NCBI GenBank assembly: GCA_012295275.1
Contig: CM022672.1
Coordinates: forward strand, 34,968,001-35,032,000
Direction of reading: 5' to 3'
Source: Chrysomallon squamiferum
Taxonomy: Eukaryota > Animalia > Mollusca
Length of the DNA stretch: 64,000 nucleotides
A program made the position numbers and the translations under genes. Of the stretch, positions 40,687 through 64,000 are shown piece after piece. Positions within the stretch are counted from its first letter, which is position 1. Every line of letters begins with the position of its first letter. The notes below the pieces were generated by a model. That model did not search any database and was not told where the DNA came from. It saw nothing but the letters and a program-made list of their open reading frames with translations.

Positions 40687-42701
40687 GTAGATTTAGAAAA
40701 AACTTACTTTATTCATGAAGTTAAAATATATTTCAGATATGACAGTAAGTATACAAATTAAACTATGAATATAAAAGATGAAGTAGTAATTATGACGTTT
40801 CCACAGTTTGACTGTAGACAGAGTAAATCAGTTGTAGTAATCACATTTTAGCAAGATCACAGTATTGTGATGAGCAGAGTCCGAGGATGTCTGAACACTG
40901 CTTAACGTGACCTGTGTTTAAACAAGTTTTGACGACTCAGTTTATAAATATTAAACTTTATTCATTAAAATTATTCTGAAACTTTTTTCATGAAATAATA
41001 ATTTCTGTACACGCATTTATTTATTTATTTTACTAAGTTATTTACTTACTATATTTAAAGTATCTTAGGCAGTAACATTTTTTAATTATTTAGATAAAAT
41101 TTTGCAGTTTGATTTTGTTATTTCTGCGCCTTCTCTTAGATTATTTAGAATTTATGAAGTTGAAATAGGAAAAGAACAGAGCAAACTGATCTGCAGAACT
41201 TTTCTTATTTCTAGTAATGTCACGGGTAGAAATTTTCTCCTGATGAAATTGGTGAATAACAAATACAATAAATGTAAAATGCATGCTTTTTTTATTATTG
41301 TTATTGTATTTTTATTTTACATTTAGAATTTTATTTTATTTCATTTTTATTTAATTATTTTATTTTACTTTAGTTTATTTATTTATTTATTTTTATTATT
41401 TTGGGGTATTTGTTTTTCGTTTTATTACTTCCTTTTTTGGAGGGGACTTTTCTTTTAAGTTTGGTTTTTCTTATTGCATTACTTTTTTTTTTTTCTAATT
41501 TGAATTTATTAATAAAATTAGGATGTAAATAGTATTTCAGTGCTTGGTGTGATGGTAGTCCTAGTTCTCATACTGATTCAAACTTCTAAGTATTTTTAAC
41601 ACTGAATTGTATCTAATTTAGTTAAATGGAGAAGAAATGGTGTACAGGTTTATGCTAACACAGCAGCGAGACAGTCTAACACAGGACATCTGTGTGGTAC
41701 TGTTACTGGTAGAAAAGATGGAACTGATATTCCTGATATTGTGAACATGAATTGTAACGTCAACGCTAGATATGTGACTGTTTATCAAGGAACAGATAAT
41801 GGAAACTCGACAGCACTGGACTTTGTAGAAGTGGAAGTCTACGGTAATTCAATACAATTTTTATGATATTTGTCATTAATAATAAATACTTCTGTATTGC
41901 TTATTGGAATTGCAGGAGCTCAGTAGAAATGTAAAACATATAAAAAAAAGTGTTTATGCCAAATTTGATGTGATAATTCATTTTATTATTGTGTTGTGTG
42001 ATTGAATTCACAATAAATGGATGTGAACACATATTTCTGTTCATGTTTCTAAAGTGTTAGTTATTCACTAAGCTGACTATGTAACAACAGGAAGAAGAGA
42101 TAATGTATGGTAAGCAGATGGTGTATGGTTAGTAGTTCATTCAGCCATGACGTGTGCTGCTATAAATGGGATGTGTAACAAATTGGAAGATACCTTAACA
42201 AACATTGTTCAAAAAAAGATACTTAATACTAATCCTCGACTTTAAAACACTTTCCTAATATATTTCTTTTTTGTTGTTATTATTATTATTATTATTATTG
42301 TTATTGTTATTATTATTATTATGTTGTTGTTGTCCTTGTTGTTGTATTTGTTGATATTATTAACACTTTTATTATTATTATTATTATCGAAAAAAGAAAA
42401 ATATATTAACAAAGTAATAACAAAAACAGATTTAAAATGTCTCTGTAACTGATTTGAACTGACAGTTTTCTTTGCTCTGGGAGAGGGAGTGAGGAGAGAG
42501 ATATAAACACAAATGCAAAGTGGGTTTATGCTAAGATGAAAATGTTCGAACAGTTTCAATACTTATTTTATGTTTTACATATAATTATTATTCCTTTTAC
42601 CCCATGTTTTGTAGCAACAGTTCTTTTCGAACCTCAGTGAAACATATATAACATTTTATTTATACATTTATGAAAACTAATTTACATTTTAATTTACATT
42701 A

Positions 42702-42799
<98 letters not shown>

Positions 42800-43523
42800 G
42801 CTCAGTGTGTAAATATATTCTGTATTCATTTATTCTGTACATGATTTGCAGTGCTGATCAGTTAGTCAGTTGATTGTTGTTAATCTTTATTTTTCACTGC
42901 TACGTATTATTTCTAGTTATCTGTATTAATCCAATTTAAAGAACAAATGACTAGAGAAATATATTTCTAAAACCTAATATATTATTTTAGTTATTCGATT
43001 TCTTCGATGCTTTCAGTGTGTCAGTCAGGTGTAACTGTTGGTACTAACTGTACCAAACTGTGCACAGATCGTCACTGTTTGAACCCAACTATTTACAGAA
43101 TAACATGTATTAATAACTTTCTTATGATTCGAAATCATCTGAGTATTTGTATCAACAAACACACACACACATACACACTCACACATACACATATCTAATT
43201 CACCTATAATCAATTAATATCTGCACCTTTGTCGTGTGTTATTATAGTATGGACTCCAGTGATATTAAGTAGTTGTGATGATTTCAGATTCAAATATATA
43301 TATATTTTAAAAAGTATTATACACATATCTTCTTTACTCTTTCATAAATAACTGTTTCAAATAATGTACGAAGTTAAATGACATATTGATAATATTGTTT
43401 AATATTACACATATGGTTAAAGAACAAATATGTTTTACATAAACAAGAAACTACGTTATGATTAATCAGCCAGTTTAATATTTAAAAACAAAAATATTAT
43501 TCACATATCTTCTTTACTCTTTC

Positions 43524-43891
43524 ATAAGTAACTGTTTTAAAGAGAGTGTAAATATTTTTCAGTATGTCAGACTGGTGTGTATGGTTCTAACTGTGACAAG
43601 TCACTGTTTTAAAGACAGTATAAATATTTTACAGTATGTGAGTCTAGTGTGTATGGTTCTAACTGTGACAAGTAACTGTTTTAAAGAGAGTGTAAATATT
43701 TTTCAGTGTGTCAGACTGGTGTGTATGGTTCTAACTGTGACAAGTAACTGTTTTAAAGAGAGTGTAAATATTTTTCAGTATGTCAGACTGGTCTGTATGG
43801 TTCTAACTGTGACAAGTCACTGTTTTAAACAGAGTGTAAATATTTTTCAGTATGTCAGACTGGTGTGTATGGTTCTAACTGTGACAAGTCA
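43524..43891 (+). repeat. 72-bp acceptor-spanning repeat x5 (paralog 3)
   Basis: Acceptor AG ends at 43562, 43634, 43706, 43778, 43850. Confidence 0.93.
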
Positions 43892-46800
43892 TGTAATAAA
43901 CGACACTGTGCTGTTTCCTCTCCCTGTGACACACAGACTGGGTCTTGTACTGGAGGATGTCAAGCTGGTTGGAGTGGAACTGATTGTACTCAAGGTGAGT
44001 ACAAAATAGTTTTTCTTGATCAGGCTTTTCTGAATTATTTATTGATTAGCGCTGGAGAATATTTTATTGCAGCAGTATTCTACTAAAGAAAATACAAATA
44101 TTTGTTTTCTTTGTGGCTTCAGAGAAATGAGGCTTCTTTATTGTTTTTATTTTTTATTTTTTATTTTTATTTTTATTTTTTTTTGTTATAGCATGTATAC
44201 AAGATAATAACTATGGACCAAACTGTAATAAACATTGCAGAGATCGCCATTGTGCAGCAACAAATCCGTCCTGTGATGTAAAAACAGGAGACTGTGGTAC
44301 TAGCAGATGTCAGGCAGGATGGAAAGGAACTGACTGTATCCAAAGTAATAACATAATTAATTTTGTATTTATTTAGAAAGAATAAAAATATGTGATTGAT
44401 ATAATTAACGAATGGAAATTTAACAACACTTAAAGAAAAAGAAAGGTATGCCATCTGGTATGAAGAACATATTTTAATGTAATTATAGTCTTCATATATA
44501 TATATATGAGTTTTTTAAATTTAACTCTTCAGTGAATAATCTTGGAATCTGGTCCGTTTTGATATTTTCAACAGAAACCTGCATAACTGGTTATAGTTTT
44601 ATTCGGTTATAGTCGGGAGAGTTCGTAACTTTACGTATATATGTATATAAATATGTGTTATTGTTTTCAGCTGTAAATCTATGATGAGGTTTAGTATGGT
44701 ATAGTTGGGAGGGATTCGTTACATAATCTTAGGAAAATCAATTTGTTTTATTGCTATGAGTTGTAAATCTATGATGTGATGTAAACTCAAAAAATTCGTG
44801 TCAGATTCTAAATATGTCTGTAATTTATTATAAGTATTCTTACTGTTTCAGCATGTACGCAGTCTGTAACTTACGGTTATAATTGTAACAAAAGTTGCAA
44901 AGATCGTCACTGTGCTTATCAGAAAGCAGCCTGTGATAAAAAGTACGGAGTCTGTGGTGTTAGTGGATGTGAACGAGGCTGGAAAGAAAAAGACTGCAGT
45001 CAAGGTGTCTTATTATCAATAAATTCATAAACATATTTCAGTCAGACCAAAGTGTCTATTATTTCTGCTAAAAGGATTTCAGTGTGGATTGACAAATATA
45101 ATAATAGCATTATTACATTAAATAAAATAATTACGACTTTGGAAATAATTAATTGTTTTTTCTTCTCTGACCGTTTACCAGAAATAATATTTCATTTGTT
45201 ACTGTATAACTTGAAACTAAAACGTTATTAGAGACAAAAAAAGATGAATTATTTTTAATCAAACACATTAGTCAAACATATAAATTGGATACCAGTTTGT
45301 TAATGTAATTCAGGATTTTCTGAAAAGAAAAGTTCGTCTCAATTTAATGAAAAAATAGCATGCAATAACTTTTGTATATTTCAGAATGTGTTAAAGAAGT
45401 GACCTATGGATCTGGTTGTAAGAAGCAGTGTTCTGAACGTCATTGTCTGAACACATCAACGTGTGACACAAAGACTGGTCATTGTATCGGAGGTTGTCAA
45501 CCAGGATGGTTAGAACCTGACTGTTCTCAAGGTGAAAACTGAAAACTCAAAATTATTATTTGTTTGTTTATTCATTCTGGATATATGTAGTATTTATTCC
45601 TTGATAATTATTTCTAAATATTAACTTATTGTTTTTGATATGTTTAAGCTTGGCAGTTGGGGTTATTTGGTTCGAAGTGTTCACTAAAGTGTCAAGATCG
45701 ACACTGTACAGGAAATCAAAGCTGTAATCACACAAACGGAAAATGTAATGATGTTTACTTGACTGGTTGGGCAGGAATTGATTGTAGAGATAAATATAAA
45801 ATAATCAGTTAAAGCTGACATGACTGAAATATAGGATGTGTTAGTACCACAGTATGATTGATAGGCTAAACATCTTTAATATAACAAACCCAATCATTTC
45901 AACAGAGTGACAAAGATTGAACAAATATTACATAATTGATAAGGTTAAAAAACAAAACACGAAATAAAGGAAATATCCACAAAGTTTTACAAATTTTTCC
46001 TTGAACTTTTTACTTTTATAGTCCCAGTGTAAATGACGAAACAATAATAATAATAAAAAATGTTCATGTCGTTTTCATCTTGTTTTTAATGATTGTCAAA
46101 AATTCTAAAATTTCATATTTTAGAGTTTTATTTATATAAATTGATTTATTTTAACAGAGAATGCGTATATTTGTTCCTGACTTGTAGTATTTGTAGGAGA
46201 ATAGTATCTGGAACTGTATTGTATTGTATTGTATTGTATTGTGTTGTATTGTATTGTAATTTGTTGTATAATTATTTGTTCTGTATATCAGTGGAATGGA
46301 TGGTCTGTCAGTAACATATTAGATTTGTTATTTTATTACAAATGAATTTCAAAATATTAAAGTACTAATCATTAATGCCAGACTGTAAACATTTGTAACA
46401 ACAAGTTTTTGTTTATTTTAATGTTTACTTTATGTACAATTCTTCTTACTCCAGCATGTCCACCATCTGTAACTTAGTTTTATACTTGTATCAAATATTT
46501 TCAAAATTGTCAGTGTTTCTCAGTGTACATCATGTGACAGTTTGGAGAGTGTTCATAATGGATGCCAACAGTGACCTGTTACTTCTGTTAACTTTATTTT
46601 AATCAAGACTAACAAATATAACAATGGCATTATAACACAAGACAAATTACCGTAGACTTTGCAAATAATTAGTATGAAAACCTTTTTGACCTTTTTGTAG
46701 ATTCTGAAACAACCTTTCAATGTGTTGTTTAAAAGTTTCTTTAATGTGTTATTTTTTAAATCAACATTGAATGGAAGATATGATAAACAAAGAATGGAAG

Positions 46801-47901
46801 AACAGTAACTTACTTCTGCACTCATTGTAAATATTTAGTAACAGTCTCGTTACAACAGTAAATTACTTCTGCACTCATTGTAAATATTTAGTAACAGTCT
46901 CGTTACAACAGTGAATTACTTATGTATTATCAGTGCAATAATAATAAATAGAAATGTATGTACTAAAACTATTGACGGAAATGTCTTTAGTAATTTTATA
47001 AAAACTTTTAAATTAAAATATTTACTTCCAACTTTTTATGTACTCTAAAATATTCTTCTTTATTATTATTATTTTTTTTTACAAAATATTTCATCTTAAT
47101 TCCTATCTTTATTTATTTATTTATTTACTTATTTTGCATTTACGGTTATTAATTTTAAGAATAATTTTTTCCAGACTCCACTCAAGAAGCAAAATGTACA
47201 GGAACATCAACTACAACGGCTTTGTCAGTCGTCACAGCTGTACTGACTTTGCTTCTCGTAGTAGCCGTTGTTTTTATTATCAGGTAAATGCTTATAGATT
47301 ATTCAACCAAATTAATTGTGTATAATATACGTGACTATAACATTTTATTTTATTTTGAACTCGATCAATAACTGTTCAGTATTTGTTCTTTTTGATCATA
47401 AATATAATAGTATAATGAAATATTGCAGGCACATCTTTATAACTGATCAAAGAATGTATTATATTTTAATTATATAAAATTTGCACTTACTATCTGATAA
47501 TGTAAAAATGAATACGTTTTCAGAATGGCTCTGATTATACGAAAACGACAGTCTTCTAATGAACATTCAGTATCATTTGCTAAACAAGACAACACTCTTA
47601 CAAGGACAGCAGCTACTCCGTCATCATTGTATGAAGTATTTGATGAAGACGTCAATATCGTCACACCAGCAAATCACAGTGACACTCAAACAGGTTCATC
47701 AGGTGATGCGGAGACAAGTTATGTCAACACTTCACATCAAGAAGATATCAATACTCAAGAAATACACGATTATGATAAACTAGATATTGAAGTTGCTGAA
47801 CAGGGATCTCCATACGAAAAAATAAAACAGTAATATATGTGTATAAGAGACATGTAAATAGATTTCTAGATACCTGGACAATTCCAGTTTAACAGAGAGC
47901 C

Positions 47902-48420
47902 TCATTGTGAATTTAGTAACACAGTCTCATTAGAATAGTACATTATTTATGTATTCATTGTGAATATTTAGTAACACAGTCTCATTAGAACAGTAAATTA
48001 TTTATGTATTCATTGTGAATTTAGTAACACAGTCTCATTAGAACAGTAAATTATTTATGTATTCATTGTGAATTTAGTAACACAGTCTCATTAGAACAGT
48101 AAATTATTTATGTATTCATTGTGAATATTTAGTAACACAATCTCGTTATAACAGTACATTATTTTTGTATTCATTGTGAATATTTAGCAACACAGTCTCG
48201 TTAGAACAGTAAATTATTTATGTATTCATTGTGAATATTTAGTAAAAGTCTCGTTTGAAGAGTAAATTATTTTTGTATTCATTGTGAATATTTAGTAACA
48301 GTCTCTTTAGAAGAGTAAATTATTTATGTATTCATTGTGAATATTTAGTAACACAGTCTCGTTAGAACAGTAAATTATTTTTGTATTCATTGTGAATATT
48401 TACTAACAGTCTTGTTAGAA
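47902..48420. repeat. 53-55-bp minisatellite (~10 copies) in the putative 3' UTR of paralog 3
   Basis: Same unit as at 19258 and 32761; a short related patch also occurs in an intron at ~46797-46925. Confidence 0.92.
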
Positions 48421-49888
48421 CTCAGACCTCTTCGTTATCTTTCTTATACACAGCTGAAGCTCACCTGAGAAGAAAACGTTTTAGTAATATTTTACGTTGG
48501 AAATAAACATAATCAAGTTTTAGTGTAGCATATTTTGTAGATTTGTGAATACGTTTCAGTGTGTTGCTCCGCTGAAACAAAACTGAAAGTCGTACAAGAA
48601 GAGAGACTAATTTTATTTATATGAGACACAAGATGCTGATTCACTTACAATAATGTAACGCTGTACAAATTAGTGTAAACGTTACAACCATACAAGAATG
48701 TAGACTAATCTTATTTATAAGATAATGATTCACATAAATATTGTAACGCTGATACAATAGAGTAAACGTTGCAATAATACAAGAAACGAGACTAATTTTA
48801 TTCATCTGAGAGACAGTATGATGACTCACATGGTCAGATCAAGAGTACATTGTACAGACTTACACTAACCAGTTAGTAAAAATGTATTCAAACGAAACAC
48901 AGTAAACTAAAACTATTACTTTGTTTATGTTCATCGCGGCCGCATAGCTGACACAGACCAGTTAGAAGAACTCATGAATTTATGTCAAAGATTAATAAAC
49001 CAACAAGATGTAAATTATTATGATAAACATGAGTTTGTAAATGGTATGTTATTATGAACTGAGTAAAATCAGTTCAGAGTGATTTGTAATGGTTGTATTG
49101 CTTTGAATACAAAAATCAATCCTCGGCGAATAATGCTCATTTCTTTGTTTCTTAAAAGCTACACAAAATCTTTCATCGCAACTTCATATATCCTGATAGA
49201 GTGATTTATATAAAATGTTACAGCTGTCTATTTTTTTCTCTATATCTGCTTTATTTTCTTTTATGTTTAATAACTGTGAGGTGGCATACATATATATTTT
49301 TTATAACATATTTATAGAAGATTTACAAGATATTTAATGTGTTCAGGATATTTTCAAACAATATTAAAACTAAGATTTAAAGACCTTTATTTACAAGAAA
49401 TATAATGTTTGCTGTCATACACAGTCCTGTAACTTACGATCATAGCGCATAATATCTTTACCAGCTTTACAATCGCAAATACTAATTTGTGATCTCATAA
49501 TCTTAACAAGTCCTATATCAGATTTATTTCCCATGAAGTCTTTGATTAGCTGACACAGTACTCAGACATGAAGTATATAAAATAACACACATTTAGTGAT
49601 AGGCGATTCCAAGTAAAATAACATTTATAGTCCAGACAAGATAGGTATGTTTGTTTATGTCTTTCCTTTAGCTTTAATCAATAATTCTATATATAATTGT
49701 TTTATCAGAACCAATCTTTCATTAAATATATTTTCAAACAAGCGAAATTCGTTTATATGTGCATAAAGGTATCATGCAGTCGAGTATGTATATTTGTGCG
49801 TTGTGTATTTATATATGTACATAAATAAAGAATATACACACACATAATGTATACACTCACAGACACACACACACACACACACACACAG

Positions 49889-49924
<36 letters not shown>

Positions 49925-50297
49925 CCGCATAGACATAATACAAGTACGTACGCACACACATAGATGCACATACATATACATGCATACATACATAAAAACT
50001 TTCATTTTTATTTTAATTCACATTACTGTTGTATATTTACTACGGTAATTTATAAACTTCAACTCACGTTAAAACATATCTGATCTATGTCCAATGTTAA
50101 GGCTACAGACTTTAGTAATTAATATGTCAAGTACTATAATCTGTCATTTGTATAGTTTGATTACTATTAAGTAAATATTTACTATCATTTTACACACACA
50201 CGTACAAACACACTCACTAACATATATATATATATACACACAAACACACACACGTATATATACACAAACACACTAACACACATACACACACATACAG

Positions 50298-50329
<32 letters not shown>

Positions 50330-51309
50330 CCAAACACAAAACTACACACAAACATTCAAGCTGATTTGACGGCCGCGTGGTAATGCAACCACCTTCGGCT
50401 GCCTTTGTCGACATCGGCATTTGACGAGATTTGTGAGATGATGAATATTATCTACGTGCAGAGTCTAGTTCAGTGCTAAACACACACTGTGTGCAGTGCA
50501 TATGTTAATAAAAAGAAGTAACTGCAGACTAGCATAGTGACATTGTAATAGGAAGAGATTACTCATCAATGTATAAACTCCGCTAGCTCGTTTCTTACAT
50601 TTAGCCAGTCATGCGTGTCCTAGATACACGATGTAAATGACATTAAACACTGACCTCTTAACTTCAAACGCTTGTCTCGTTAGAGAAGAGTCAACTGATC
50701 TGTTTTCACTACACTCGACCTAGTCCTCTGTTATGTCTGAAAAAAAACTTACTGCGAAGTACAAGATTATGTATCATTGTGGCATTTCTTTCACATACTT
50801 TGGTGTATTAATAAAACTTTTATATTATATTATATTACACAATTTTTATTATTATTGTCTGTTTTATCGCAAGAACAGTGACGACATAGCAGTAGTTTGA
50901 TTCAATCTCTCTAAGTCAAACATACAGTTAAGCTTTTTCTTTCATTATTAGATGAATTCAGCAGTATTCTGTAATGTATACACACACCCACTCACACGCT
51001 CAGTTACAAACATCACAGATGACAATACAGAGATACTGCGACACCGGTCTGATAAAATAATGTATGTGAAAAGATTTCTGTCAGTTGTGACCTAATTACA
51101 GAACGAGTAAAACGTCTTTTTCCTAGATCTAAATTTAACCTCAGTGTGTTTAATTTAACAGAAACACTCAGTTTTCAAATCGTATGAACTTTGTACCAGA
51201 ATATATTACATGGTGTTTTTGTCTTTTCTACTTGTGAGTCATAACAATGAGTCTTGTGTCAGCTCGCAGTTTTACTTCCTGATTTGTTTGTCTACGAAAC
51301 ATTCTCGCT

Positions 51310-63886
<12,577 letters not shown>

Positions 63887-64000
63887 GTTATATCATAAAT
63901 AATTTTCTATCTATTTTTATTAGTGTTATCATATCTGTGATATGATGTAAGTTTGAAAAATTACTGTGAGATTGTAGATATTTCTAAAAATGTAATCATT

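Noticed and set aside
41102-41280. Possible alternative or decayed second lectin exon (RIYEVEIGKEQSKLICRTF...VTGRNF; homolog at ~26030-26210)
   Set aside because: Resemblance to the FTLD C-terminal half is weak, the frame is not conserved between P2 and P3, and there is no convincing donor; it would need an HMM search.

Overview
AT-rich, microsatellite-dense animal genomic DNA; invertebrate, with mollusc or cephalopod only a guess from repeat style and gene family. There are no prokaryotic features, and almost all ORFs in the supplied track are microsatellite artefacts or pieces of spliced exons. Assembling GT-AG exons by hand gives a head-to-tail tandem array of four + strand paralogs (ATGs at 4261, 22023, 36683, 51310) of a type I membrane receptor. 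The architecture is signal peptide, F-type lectin (fucolectin) domain, a variable string of 8-Cys MEGF10/SCARF/CED-1-type EGF-like modules (one per symmetric phase 1-1 exon), a TM helix, and a ~100-aa tail with four tyrosines ending in an ITAM-like YDKL-x10-YEKI. Copy 1 is intact (18 coding exons, 956 aa). Copies 2 and 3 carry lesions in the lectin exons. Copy 4 has one frameshifted exon and runs off the window. The paralogs differ in lectin-loop residues, in which EGF exons they retain, and by chimeric junctions, which fits a fast-evolving innate-immune or recognition receptor cluster. Other elements: an inverted three-exon fragment of a catalytically dead receptor-PTP D2-like domain inside an intron of copy 4; a 22 x 47-bp tandem amplification of the sugar-binding His segment in copy 3; 72-bp repeats that multiply a splice acceptor (14, 5 and 4 copies); an internally deleted AcademX-like DNA transposon; and a 16-bp satellite at the left end.
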